This document shows, piece after piece, positions 39,537 through 52,600 of a stretch of DNA of 64,000 bases. Position numbers and translations under genes: made by a program. Source of the DNA: Podarcis cretensis (Eukaryota); contig OX638150.1 of NCBI GenBank assembly GCA_951804945.1, forward strand, positions 20,522,001 through 20,586,000. The letters run 5' to 3'. The first letter of the stretch is position 1, and the number at the start of each line of letters is the position of its first letter. The notes under the pieces are model-generated. The model worked only from the letters and a program-made list of their open reading frames with translations. It was not told where the DNA came from and did no database searches.

Positions 39537-42059
39537 GTCTTTGATTTTTATTTACTAGGTACCAGGCGTGCTTTAAAAGTACTTTTATTAAAACAAATGG
39601 TTGAACTTTGTAACTGAGACACAGGCACTTTGCTCCATATCCATTGAGCAGGCAAATGTACCCGATATACAAGCTTTTCTCTTCAGGTAGTGCTTATCCT
39701 AATTGGCATTTTGAATCTCAGCCATTTAGCAAGTACAAAAATGTGAGTAACTTAATGTAGCTTGCTAGAGAGCTTGGGGGGATGGGGACAAGCCCTTGCT
39801 AGTCATTTCATACAAAATAGCTGTACTATTAAATTTATATGCAACTTTGATGTAGATTTTAAAATTTCTATGTGCAGGCAAGTTAAGACATGAGAAACAC
39901 TGTACAGCCCTGGTCAGCAACTAAGTTTCCCACAAGGCAATTTGGACAAGGGAGTGGACCAGTGGTACCCTCGACCATAAAAGTGACTTGCCATTGGGTT
40001 CTGTTACCTCTGAAACCATTTTCACCATGATTTTGCCTCTTGTTCAGCAACCAGGTGGCAAATTAACATCTTTTAGGAGTCTAGATTTGACCGAGAGCTT
40101 CCGGTTGCTGACCCCCACGCCCACCGTACAGTCTAAATGTGTGTATATTTTGGTTTATTGATACGAGTCAAAAGCACTTCCAGAGTTTAGAGCACAAATG
40201 CTCGGTCCCTGCAAATGGATATGGTGCGATGAGATCTGTGGCATTAACAACAAATTCCTCCTTTAGAAAATAATCCCTACTTACATAAGTTTTACGAATG
40301 CAGCTGGGGCAAATCGTTCTCTGTTCAAGACATTCAGATATTTTCTTTAGAAAGTTACTAGCAACAAACTAACACTGGCTGAATACTTTTTTAGTACAGT
40401 AAGCCCGCAACTTGGATGCATTCAGCTTTATGTGCATGGCAAAAATAATAATAATAATAAAGGGGCGGAAAGGTTCCAGAAAAAAGGACTTTGGCAATCC
40501 CACCCGCCATTAAACCCAATGGCTTTTGGGGCACGATCCTTGGAACGTGAGTTGCAGGCCTACTGTATTACGAACAGTCACGCAGCTTATCTACGCTGCT
40601 CCTTGCGTCTGCTAAATCCTTTTTTTCTTTTTGTGAACATAGAACAGGATTTGCCAGCGTTCACTAGTGTCAGATCAGACCCAGCAGATGAATGGGAGTT
40701 AAAAATCAAAGTATATCTCCATGGCGTAATACAGGGTTGGAGTTGCTGGGGCTGGAGCTGGGTCCCCCACCCCTGCAGCTAGGGGGAACTTGTTTAATAG
40801 ACAACAGTATAGGATAATTATAATTCTTATATGCACTGGGAACCCCCCCCCCAAAAAAAAAAAAAAAAATCGTGAATTGCTTTACTGTGACATTCGCTCT
40901 ATTGCGGTGGTCTGGAACAGAACTCGCAACATCTCCGAGGTATACCTGTGTACTCCCTTAGCTGGTAGCCTTGTTTTAGTTGCCTGTGGTTGGAAAGCAA
41001 AGTTTAAAATGCATTATGTAGCTTGATTTGTAGAACGTCGGCTAGCAACACACACAGGGTGCATGAAGGCAGTTCTGTTTTCCAACGAACATTTCACCAC
41101 AGCTTTTCATTAACTGTCTATTAGGAAGATCTGTAAGGAACATGAAAGTATTCATGCGGGGGGGGGGTGTCCTTCCATAGTCTGAACCCCTCACCCCATA
41201 CCTATGCCGCTTGTTCCTTCCAGCTGCAGAGCTAGCTATTAACTGCAGCTGGAAAACTTAAATAGGAAGCCAGTCTCTCAGTTGTTTTTCAGAAGACTCC
41301 TGGATAGCTTAAGTGCTCATACCCAGCCTCCCTGCAACCCAGGCAAGAAGAATGAGGTCATTACCCTGACCTCTGTTTAGATTAGAGCATGGTACTGTGC
41401 CAGCAACAGGTCTCAAATCTTACAGTTCTCCTCATTCATCAAGACGGGCCCTCAAAAGAAAATACAATCTCCTCTTGAGGGCAAGAGGGGACAGCAAGGT
41501 TGGGGGGCGGTTGTTCAGCCAGAGCTGGGTAGGCAGAATCTGAACTCGGAGCGAGAGTTTAAGGATCTTTCCCCTCAATCCCCAGATAACGTTCTGTCTT
41601 CATTGTTTGAGACCTGGGCCTGTCGGCCTCTTTTTTTTGTACCCACGGCTCTTCCACAAAATAAGCGTTGCTACACATAGACATTAGCAAGTCAGGGAGA
41701 AGGCTTGGCTAGATGATTTCATTCTGAACCTAATCTTTCAGATGTTTTGGGTGTGGGTGTGTTTGCACGGAACAGCATTCAGTCATGTGAGCTCCCACCC
41801 ATAGACTGAAGTGGCACAATGCAGACACCCAGTTTTTCACCTCGGCCACTGTTTATGAGAACCTTGGCTTGAGAAGTTGTTGGACACCAGCTCCCATCAG
41901 CCCCAGACAGCATGACCAATTGTTATGGATGATAGACACACCAGAACTATGAGAATCTTAGGTTCTTTGGCTGAGAGAGACCTGCACCTGAAATTTGGGA
42001 AGGCTACAGGCAATGTCATCTAACTTTGTTAAAATCTGGTTCAGAATAAGAACAGAGTA

Positions 42060-42309
42060 CAGTCATATCTTGGTTGTCGAACACCCTGGAACTCGGACAT
42101 TTTGGCTCCCCAACGCCACAAACCCGGAAGAGATTGTTTTGGTTTGCGAACGTTCTTTTGGAACCCGAACGTCCAATAGGGCTTCCACGGCTCTAATTGC
42201 TCTAATAAGCTCCTGCAGCCAATCAGAAGCCATGATTTGGTTTTCGAACATTTTAGAAGTCGGAACAGACTTCCAAAACGGATTCTGTTTGACTTCCAAG
42301 GTATGACTG
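42060..42309. mobile_element. Tc1/mariner MITE (CAGTCATACCTTGG family)
   Basis: TIRs, TA TSD. Confidence 0.82.
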
Positions 42310-42353
42310 TATTCTAAACCTCCACTTCTTTGACTCCTTATTTGTGTGCAGTA

Positions 42354-42595
42354 CAGTGGTACCTCAGGTTACATACGCTTCAGGTTACATACGCTTCAGG
42401 TTATAGACTCCGCTAACCCAGAAATAGTACCTCGGGTTAAGAACTTTGCTTCAGGATGAGAACAGAAATCGTGCTCCGGCGGCGCGGTGGTAGCAGGAGG
42501 CCCCATTAGCTAAAGTGGTGCTTCAGGTTAAGAACACTTTCAGGTTAAGAATGGACCTCTGGAACGAATTAAGTACTTAACCCAAGGTACCACTG
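42354..42595. mobile_element. Tc1/mariner MITE (family of 12016)
   Basis: CAGTGGTACC TIRs, TA TSD. Confidence 0.88.
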
Positions 42596-43722
42596 TATCT
42601 GCTTTGCATATATGCACTCAGAACAAAAAAAAAGGGGGGGGTCTGTCACTTCTTGAGTGCATATGCAAAACTGCCTGCAGGTTTTCAGGATGTGAGCATA
42701 GCCTATCTGGGCTTTGCTATTTCCCCCACTGCCCCCATTTTACTAGGTAGCACACCTGTGGGAGGTTTATGTGCGAGTCCCATAGAAAGAACAGTGTGAT
42801 ATGTGGTTCTGCAGTTTCAGAGAAGAGCAATAGTTCTCTTCTCAGGAAACTTCAGAATATTCGTGCCTCTCCTCTGTACATCTCACTGATCTCAGTGGGA
42901 CTCTTTGAGGTAAAGGAGGAGAGCATTGCAGCCTTGAATTAGAGCTGACACACTTTTAGACACACTTCTAATCTTTGTGATGGAACTGTTCCCAAAAAGA
43001 AAGTGCATTCCGTTAATTGAGGTCTTGAGAAAATGAATTTCTGGACCACAAGCCTGGAAGTTTAATGATACTTTCTTCTAGCTGGTAAGCGGGGAGCTAC
43101 AAGACTGAAGTTGTAAGCCTCATGTCACCCTTGTGGGTGGAGTGGGCAGCGGTGTGGGGAGCAGGGGCAAAAAGCCTACAGGATGCTTCACAGGAACTTT
43201 TAACGTGCTCTGGATCCACAGACCTTTTCAAAAGAAATTATAAAGATGGAAAATCACTGCAATGCTGAAGTATATCCTGTAGTGCAGGGGTGTGGAGTCT
43301 TTATCAGCCGAAAGGCTGCGCTCTTTTCTGGGGCCCCTTTTGAGGACTGTCACCATTGGTGGGCGGGGCCAGAGGCAAAAGTGGGAGGGGCAACAAATTA
43401 TTACCGGCTATTCTTTATTGTTTCTTCTGAACAAGCAAGAAACATTGACATATTCAAGGACAGATTCCAGGAAGGCAAAAATGCCCAAGGTGTAAAGCAG
43501 ACTGTGTGGCCTGGGGAAGTTTTTGGGGCAAAATAAAGGGTCTGTTATTTGGCTGTAGGTTCATCAACCCTGACACAGTTGAATGCAGTAGTCTTGGTTT
43601 GAGCTTTCCAGGAATTCTGACTTTAAAGAGTTGATTAGGAACAAATACTGTACACCACATGCCTTCGATAAAACAGTTGAGCCATGCTGGATTATTTTTG
43701 TTTCATTCATTTTCTCCTTTAG

Positions 43723-43789
43723 GTGTTCATTTTCATTTGTCTGGCTGGCATTGACTCTCCTCTTGCTGCATTCTTGTGCCTCTCTTTGA
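43723..43789 (+). CDS. RHOT1: Candidate alternative terminal or poison RHOT1 exon encoding a hydrophobic tail (CSFSFVWLALTLLLLHSCASL*)
   Basis: Very strong acceptor TTTTTGTTTCATTCATTTTCTCCTTTAG|G; the phase-2 frame gives a 21-aa hydrophobic tail then TGA. Confidence 0.35.
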
Positions 43790-44289
43790 AAATGACGTTT
43801 CTGTGTGTGCCTTCTAATTCCGTGTGTGTGTTTCTAATCCATCAGCTTGGCAGTTTCCATTTGGTTCTCTGCATGTCTTGTGTATATTGGAGGCTGATGT
43901 TCTGTGTCTGCCTTGTTGCCTTGTTCCTCTGGTATGATTAGTGTTTTACTCTGGCCTGAATCCCTTCATGGGTAAAGTTGAAGCTCAATATGATGGTGGA
44001 AATTTCCATCTGAGAGGTCACCCCCCCCCCCCCCGATCTTGATTCTTTGAAGCTGAAAGCCTATTGGAAAGGCTTTTTCTTAAAATAAATATAGATTGGC
44101 CATTGTGTTAAAAAGAGAAGAGGCAAAAACCCAAGTGTTTTCATTTTTGTGAGTTTCATAAATGGAAAAGAGGTACGCATCTCCAGTTACATGGAATCAA
44201 GATCTTGGCATGTTGCGTTGATTATGCGCTGAGTCAAGAATGATTCCAACTACTGTTGGAGAGCCATCTTTATCTCTCACTTTAAATTA

Positions 44290-44443
44290 CTGTATTTTTC
44301 CGTGTATAAGACTTAGGTGTTTTTTACCCAAATAAAGAGGTTTGAAATTGGGGGTCGCCTTATACACGGGTAGTGCTGAGGGGTGTTTTCTTAATTTGGA
44401 GTCCCCAAAAAATAGGAGACGTCTTATACATGGAAAAATACGG
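44290..44443. mobile_element. Tc1/mariner-type MITE
   Basis: TIR C(T/C)GTATTTTTCC.TGTATAAGAC. Confidence 0.78.
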
Positions 44444-45446
44444 CATATCCTCACTTTATAGTCTCTACCACCCTGAAGATTTTTTTTAAAAGGTCACAAT
44501 TCTTTGGCTTGTTTCCCTTCTGATGCTGTGGGAAATGATTGTGCTTCCCAGTTTCTTTGCCCCCTTCCAAAGGTCTGGCATTGGGACTACAAAGATCAGG
44601 AAAAAACCCAACATGGTGCCCTTCACATTTTGTCGGACTCCAACTCCCAACTGGTCTGGGATCATAGGAATTGTAGTCCAGCAACCATAGTGACTAGCCT
44701 TGGCACACATGGCCTTTTAATTTACCAGTGCCTGTCATTGTTGTGTGTGGCAGGGCCCTCATTTCTTCTCTCCAAACTCCTATACCTCTCCACCCGCAAT
44801 GTTGCCTTCATTTGAGGGTTGTCTTTGATGTGCTTCATTCATCTTTCCTCCATCTTCATGAATGGCCAATTGGTATTTGCAAGTGTGACGCTTGATTGGA
44901 CAAGAGGTTGGATTATCAATTCAGCACTCAGTATTGATGGCAAGATGAGCTGTATCCTTCTTTGTATGAAGTAATGTGTAACTGGGGGCTTATGAAGCCT
45001 CCCCACATTTTATAAGCCTTACTGTATGTCCTCCTGAGTTCTTAAGAGTAGATTTAAGTCTGTTCATTCCTGATCCTGATTATTCATTTGGTTTGTCTTT
45101 GGAAGAAGCTTGTCAATATTGTGCTAACTCTTTACCCTGTCAGGCCCATTATAACTCAGTAGTAGACATACAACTGTAGGCAGGTAAAAATAAATAATTA
45201 GTCCAAATGAAATACTTGCCACCTATTTTCTTTTTCTTTTATTTAGGAGGATCTCCCCCGTCTTGTCGCCAAAAAGAAGCTCCCAAATTTCTTTTTAAAC
45301 TCTCTTGAATTCAGAGAATTATGGGAAAGTGTGGTTGAGGAGAATAAAAGATCTGCTTGACAGAGTTTCAAAAGTGCAACAGGTTAGGGTAGGCTTTTGA
45401 AAAGGAATCTAGGAAGAAAAAATAGTGGATGTGTATCTCTGCATTA

Positions 45447-45501
45447 GGGACGCAGGTGGCACTGTGGGTTAAACCACAGAGCCTAGGACTTGCCGATCAG
45501 A
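45447..45501 (+). mobile_element. Sauria SINE 5' stub
   Basis: Only the first ~55 nt of the SINE are present. Confidence 0.75.
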
Positions 45502-45657
45502 CACCGATCTGGGCGTTTAAAGGCAGGTTAGTGATGTGCTAAAGCTTTCCTCATATTTAGCATGCAGGAAGTCCTGAGTCTTGTCATAACTCTTCCCAGT
45601 TTTCTAGTTAAGGCTACTAAAACTTTGAGGGAGCGAGGATTGAACAATGCGTTAGAC

Positions 45658-45899
45658 CATTGGTCAGCAAACTTTTTCAGCAGGGGGCCAGTCCACTGTC
45701 CCTCAGACCTTGAGGACTATATCTTGAAAAAAAATATGAACGAATTCCTATGTCCCACAAATAACCCAGAGATGCATTTTAAATAAAAGGACACACTCTA
45801 CTTATGTAAAAGCATGCTGATTCCTGGAACTTCCGCGGGTTGGATTTAGATGGCGATTGGGCCTGATCCAGTCCCCGGGCCTTAGTTTGCTTACTCATG
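45658..45899. mobile_element. hAT MITE
   Basis: 8-bp TSD (C/T)GTTAGAC; homologous to 29999. Confidence 0.85.
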
Positions 45900-46631
45900 T
45901 GTTAGACAGTCATCTTGACTTCTGCATGTTCCTGGCTTGTTGAGTAGCATCACATTCCCAGGCAAAACTAATGGTTCTGCTCAGTTAATTCTGCTGGTGT
46001 GTTAACTTGTCCTATGACTGCTGGTTAGCCCAGTTACTGTGTTGAAATTGACAGTGTACACTCTGCTTACAAAATAGAATATCTGTTGCTTTTGTTTGGA
46101 AAGCACAGGCTGCATTTATTAACATAAAATGCTTGTTTTGTTGATTAAATAAAAATGGTCTTTCTGAAACATTGGTAAACCCTTGTGCATATGCTCTTTA
46201 AAAAGGAACGTAAAGGCTTAATGCACTGCTAATACTGTACCTGTATGATCTAAAGAGATTTTATAGGGTATTAAAGTTGCACTGTAAATGGCTTTGTAAA
46301 ACTTTCCTGCTTATTCGAAACAAGTTGAAGCCACTGTTCCATAATCACATAGGGTACTAATACATAATCCAGCTATTGCTTTACACCCCCCCTTGAAATC
46401 TTTTGAAATGAAGGAAAATAATCTGTGCTTTAATCCTGGAGGCACTGTGTGCGAGTGACTCCCATGTTTTGAGAAATTGGTTGATTACCTGCCCTGGATG
46501 GGGCTACATTTCCTTTGTAGGAGCAGGTACGCAGCCTTGGGGGGCTTCTGGACCCTCTTTTGTCACTGGAGCCCCAGGGAGCCTCAGTAGCTAGAAGCAC
46601 CTTTTACCAGGTGTGCCTGGTACAACACATA

Positions 46632-46878
46632 CGGTGGTACCTTGGATCCAGACCACCCTGGAACTCGGACGTTTTGGCTCCTGAATGCCGCAAACCCGGA
46701 AGTGATTGTTCCGGTTTGCGAACGTTCTTTTAGAACCCGAACATCCGATGGGGCTTCCATGGCTTCCAATTGGCTGCAGGAGCTTCAGCCAATCAGAAGC
46801 CACAGTTTGGTTTGCGAACATTTTGGAAGTCGAACAGACTTCCGGAATGGATTCCCTTTGACTTCCAAGGTACAACTA
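46632..46878. mobile_element. Tc1/mariner MITE inserted in a decayed L2-like fragment (~46430-47250)
   Basis: Homology to the 42060 family; flanks resemble the L2-like fragment at 51350-52600. Confidence 0.75.
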
Positions 46879-48031
46879 CACAACTGTTCTGAACCAAGAG
46901 AGCCTAACCACAGTGGTTTGGGCATCAGTGACTTAAAAATTGGATTACTTCAATGCACTCTATGTGGGGCTTCCCTTGTGCTTGATCCAGAAACCGCAGT
47001 TAGTACAGCAGCTGATAGGAGTGAGACCCTGTCAGCAGATAACGCCTATGCTTAGAGATCTGCAGTGGTTGCCGATTTGTTACTAGGCCAAGTTATGATG
47101 GGTATATAAAGCCCTTGACACCCTGTGTACTTGCAGGATTGCCTTCCTCGACCGCTTTGATACGTTTTCAATTACTTGTTCTTTAACTCTTATTGATCAT
47201 TTTAATATGGTTGCTATCAAGCAGTATATAAATTTTGTGAAATAAATAAGATAAATGAAATATATCTGCTTGTGCTGGCACATGTTGTGTGCTTGTTCTC
47301 AGACCATCTCTGCTAGCATGGTAATTTTTTGGATGAAATTGTTAGGGTTCAGTTCTTAGAGGCTAAAACTAAACTTGAGACTGGCTATTCTAACAGTTAA
47401 GTAGTGCAGAAGTACACTAAGCACCCTTCAAAGTCAGCACAGATATATTCTGGTCTTAGGAAAATATGTTTGAAGTGGCCCAAACTTAGGTTTTTAGAAA
47501 ATGCATTTGGTGAAACTTCTATCTTTGGGTAAACAGATGCTTTCTTGGCTGTTTTCCTACATCACCATCCCTAGTTCTCAAATACGTTTCAAAATAAAGA
47601 GCTTTGCTTATGGGTGGCATTTAGCTGGCTGGGAGTGGCTATTCTTCCCTTCTTTCATTTTGTACTTTGAGGGCACGAATACCTGAATACAGATATTATA
47701 CACATGAAGTGCACAGCAATGTGTAGAATTAGATTGACACCTTTTTAAAAACGGGGGGGGGGGGGTCCTTTGCCAGCTGCTGCTTCTGAGGTGTTTTAGA
47801 TGCACCTTAATTCTGTGTGTGACTTTATGGGGCATGCTTCTGAATATAAGAAGTAAACAGTGAGAATCTGCTCCCAACACACTGTTAAGAAAGCTATTTG
47901 CTTTCTTTCTTTTTCTTTATGAATATTTCCTATGAACGAGTATGTATGCCTTGAGTATGTTTGCCTTGCCTAGCGAATGGGGATCTTAAGGTAGCTTCCT
48001 GTATATTTAAACCACAGTAGAATAGACAGTA

Positions 48032-48376
48032 GGGATGCTGGTGGCGCTGTGGGTTAAACCAGAGCCTAGGAGTTGCCGATCAGAAGGTCGGCGGTTCAAA
48101 TCCCCGCGACGGGGTGAGCTCCCGTTGCTCGGTCCCTGCTCCTGCCAACCTAGCAGTTCGAAAGCACGTCAAAGTGCAAGTAGATAAATAGGTACCGCTC
48201 CAGTAAACAGCGTTTCCGTGCACTGCTCTGGTTTGCAAGAAGCGGCTTAGTCATGCTGGCCACATGACCTGGAAGCTGTACGCCGGCTCCCTCGGCCAAT
48301 AAAGCAAGATGAGCGCCGCAACCCCAGAGTCGGCCACAACTGGACCTAACGGTCAGGGGTCCCTTTACCTTTACCT
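48032..48376 (+). mobile_element. Sauria SINE (subfamily B)
   Basis: TSD TAGAATAGACAGT. Confidence 0.92.
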
Positions 48377-49343
48377 TAGAATAGACAGTGGCACACTCAC
48401 ACAATAGACAGTGGTACACTTAGAATGAAACCAGGTTTTGTGAGGAAAACAGGCAGTTCCAGGCTCATGTACCCCTCTTAATGCTAATGAGGGACCAAGG
48501 GGACATTTGGTTAACAGCTGATTCTCCTCTGTGCATGTCCCAATTGCTATTTTTGCTTTGTTGCTCCAGCTAGTCTAGAAGACCCTGGGAGCATTTGTAG
48601 GGTGAGAATTAGTTGGCAGAAGAAGCACCAAGCACCTCGATCCAAATGCCCTCTCCTCATTTTCATTTAGTGGCAGGCACATTTTGGAAACCTGTTTTGT
48701 GGCGTAACGTTCTGCCCTTATGATGGCACCACTTGACCTTGCACAGTAATTCTATGCTTTATTCAAAAAAGCAGTGTTTCCATGCATAGTGTAAAACTAA
48801 ACAAAGCAAGCATACAGAAGCACAACACAAAATCAGGAATAATGAGTGAGTGTGGATCCTTTTAATACTGGATCATGCATTTGAGAACCTTAAATCTCTA
48901 CGCAAGCGGAAGGAAAACAAATAAAATACGGAACATTCGAGTTTGGAAGCAAAAAGCAATCCATGTGATCTAACTTCAAATTTTCCCAACAGCCCTTCTG
49001 TAAAATTAAGGCACATTTCAGAGATAACAAACAAAAAGTTTTTTTTGTGAGTTAAAAATATCTCTGAGGAATATCACCTGTTCTTTGGCAAGAATGCTGG
49101 ATCAATTTCCGTGTCACCTGGCAATTCTTTTGCTTGGGATGGCTGTAAAAAAAAAAGTAAAAATACTTTCCTTCCACTTTGATAATTAATTTTTACGTGC
49201 CACTTTAATAACCTGCACACAAAGCAAAGGCTCTCCTTGTTAAAAAACAGAGTGATAGCTGACTTGTAAGCTGTGTTGGTGCGTAACTTGACTGTTTCTC
49301 GCCATGCTATGAACTGCCCACTGTGTGCATGTGTGTAAAAAAG

Positions 49344-49487
49344 GTTAAGAGCCGCTGTAGCTGAATTGGGTGCCATGCTGTTATCAGACGAGGAGAGCAG
49401 TATTGTTCACCAGGTGCACGCCGTCCGCTCTGTAGAGGATTCCATCTTCATGGAGTCATCCCTTGATCCTCAGTTACTTGAAGACAG
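49344..49487 (+). CDS. RHOT1: Candidate unannotated RHOT1 cassette exon (LRAAVAELGAMLLSDEESSIVHQVHAVRSVEDSIFMESSLDPQLLEDR; +48 aa)
   Basis: Open frame bounded by AAG|G at 49343/4 and CAG|GTAACA at 49487/8; 144 nt, phase 2-2; CpG-retaining; acceptor is weak. Confidence 0.6.
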
Positions 49488-51349
49488 GTAACACAATCTT
49501 AACTTAATCTCTCCCTAGAGGAGAAACTTAGACAATGCCTTGCTCTAAAATACTTAGAACTAACCCCATGCTAGAAACAATTGCCATTAATCCGTTTGAA
49601 GTTCACCCCTGCCCAAAAAAAGATTTGGAGTTTGTCTGTAGGTGGTTTTGTACGTGGCTTCACTGATCACCTGCAATAAATAGTCAAAGCACTTAATTTG
49701 CATGGGATTTCGAGATGTGCCTAAATCCCTGGAGAATCTGGTTTGGCCTCCTTGTGTAACAGTGTGTAGCAGTTGTATAATCCCTGCTTTTATTGAAGGA
49801 GCCCTGGTCATTTTTGAATTTGCACTCCGAAACCTGCTCTGTCTGTTAGGGTGTACGTGCACTTGGATGTCTGCCTCGTGTACTTTAGAAGTTTCCCCAT
49901 TATTTCTAATTTTGATTTTAAAACGCCTAGGCCAGAAAATTCTTTCTAGCCTTTTGTTCTATAGGGCAGTTCTAAATCAGTTCCGTAACACTCAATTTGA
50001 GAATCGCTGTGCCTTGAACTAAGGTCGCTGCAGTGACCTTTTTGCTTGAGACCGTGTCTGTCGCATTGTGGTAAGCCACCTTATTTTAGCCAGGCTAGCT
50101 GAGCATGCTCACAAAATGGTGCGTGTTGGGAGCTTCCAGGTCACTGGTTGTGTGTTTTCCTTTGGTCTTGTCAAGCTCATCGTGGCTTCCTTTCATCTAC
50201 CATACCCATGCTCTTCTGTTGCATTTTGTTTTCCTCGTTTGATATCAAGGCCTGGCTCACTAACCTCTTAGCTCACATTACCGTTTTTACAGCATTATGA
50301 GTCCTCCAGTTGTGCCATTACTACACATGGGCCAAAAATGAAGAGGAGGAGGGAGGGCGATAATTTTGTAGTTGTCTACTGTACTAAGAAAATGCTGTTA
50401 ACAATTTTTTTTGAAAGACGACTTTGATTGAAGTTTTAAGGAAACATGCAAGAACATAAAAATATAATGCAGTCCCAGCAAACCAGGAAGCAAATGGGAA
50501 TATTGCAGTTATAAAATAGGAAAATAAAATAAAAAAACTGCTCTTAACAACAACCATATGAAAGCCACCCAAGAGCAATTTTCCAGCACCCCTCTCTAGG
50601 TGTTTTGCGAAGCTGATGATTACTGTAGCCTGGGAATCACCAGCGTGGGTTTGTGCTTATGTTAGCTAAACCAGTCCTTGGTATCCGTAGAGACAGCTCC
50701 AAAGGGGAAGGGGTGGGCGCTAGGGAGAAGAGGGTAGACCTAGGAGGTTAAAATACCTATAGCCGGCCCTGATTGTGTGTTGTTTTGATATGATAAATAC
50801 ATTTATAGGCATTTTGCTGCTCTAGCTGTTGGAAAGTATTACACTTGTCAGTTCAAAACGGCCCATTTCATTGCATGAGAAAATAACAGGTTAAATTGTC
50901 AAAAGTCCCCCCAAAATGGGAGTTCAAGCATTTGAAATGATAGCAAGACACATTGACTGCAACTCTGATCCTCTTGAGCCCAGAGCACCAGGAGATAATT
51001 ATTGGTTATATCTTAGTGTGTAATTCTGCATCAACTTTCTATAGCCAAAGTATTTCCGCGAGTCTGGTTTTCCCAGACTTCATCCCGTTTTGAGAATTTT
51101 CTTGTAGCCCCAATCAGTGGAGGCTTTCGCCAGTGGTGGAGGGGCAAGCAGGCACTGCCAGTTCCCCTCTTGAAGCCCCCTGCCACTTGCACTGTTCCAG
51201 AGGGTCTCTCGACCCCGTGGAACAGATTTCTAAGGCTTAATGGGGGCAGTCTGCAAAAATACTTCCAGCTCCACCCCTTTAAGCCAGCAATAGCTTCTGC
51301 TGGATTAGAGTCTGTGCCCTATATTGGCCTCTGAAATAAATGCATGAAT

Positions 51350-52600
51350 CTTACTATCTTACGTTTGATTATTTATCACTTCTTTCTAGACTGCTTTGGG
51401 ATCTCAGGGCTGTTCACATTAACAGAACAGCAAACAGTACAAGAAAATCACTGAAACCAACATATGCATTGAACCCCAGAAGTTCAAACACACATTGAAA
51501 GTGTCCATCAGCAGATCTGTATTAATGATCCAGCACAAAACATCGAACCTGGATACATGAAATATATCTAAAGTTTTCTGTGGAAACTCCGCAGTGAGGG
51601 TGACTGGCACTTCTCCAAGTGAAGGGAGTTCCACAGATGGAGCACCACCATAGACAAGACCCTATCCCATGTCACGGTGCAACAAGCAATGCTCATTGGC
51701 AGGACTGCAAAAACAGCCTCCCCTGTATATCTTAAGGCCTGAGCCAACAGATACAGGGGCAGGTCCTTCCTGTGTTTGGGCACTAAGTTCTTCAGGGCTT
51801 TATAAGTTGATATCAACACTCTGAATTGAGCCAAATTTGAGAATAGGTGTAATATGATTCCACCTAGAACTCTAGCTGAAGCTTCTAGACCATTTTCAAT
51901 GGAAGTCCTACACACATCCAGGCATGAGGCTACCAAAGCGTGGGTCACAGTGGCAAGACGGTCCTGCTGCTGGAATATCTGGATGCAGGTGGCGCTGTGG
52001 TCTAAACCACTGAGCCTCTTGGGCTTGCCAATCAGAAGGTCGGTGGTTCGAATCCCTGTGATGGAGTGAGCTCCCGTTGCTATGTCCCAGCTCCTGCCAA
52101 CCTAGCAGTTTGAAAGCACGCCAGCGCAAGTAGATAAATAGGTACCACTGTGGTGGGAAGGTAAACGGTGTTTCCGTGCGCTCTGACTTCCGTCACTGTG
52201 TTCTGTTGCACCAGAAGCGGTTTAGTCATTCTGGCCGCATGACCCGGAAAGTTGTCTGTGGACAAGCGCCAGCTCCCTCGGCCTGAAAGCAAGAAGAGCA
52301 CCGCAACCCCATAGTCCCCTTTGAGTGGACTTAACCGTCCACGGTTCCTTTACTTTTACCTTTACCTGTTCCTGGAATAGCTGGAGCAGGAAATAGCCAC
52401 TTATTGCCACTGAGGCCAGCTGATCTTCCAGTGACACTATTGGATCCACAAGTACCTCCAAGCAACATACCTGCTCCTTGAGAAGGATCATGATTTTGTC
52501 CAGGCAGTTCATCTCCACATTTCCTGGACGCAGGAACTACTCATAAGTTCTTCCGCCTTATCAGTATTCAGTCTCCGTTTACTCACCCTCGTTGAGCCCT
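51350..52600 (-). mobile_element. Decayed L2-like LINE fragment, interrupted by a SINE
   Basis: Minus-strand peptides HALVASCLD, FRVLISTYKAL, FS..LHLWNSL are typical of the L2 ORF2 C-terminus; approximate bounds. Confidence 0.65.
51981..52367 (+). mobile_element. Sauria SINE (subfamily C)
   Basis: Full body and (ACCTTT)n tail; degenerate TSD CCTG.T.CTGGAATA. Confidence 0.88.
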
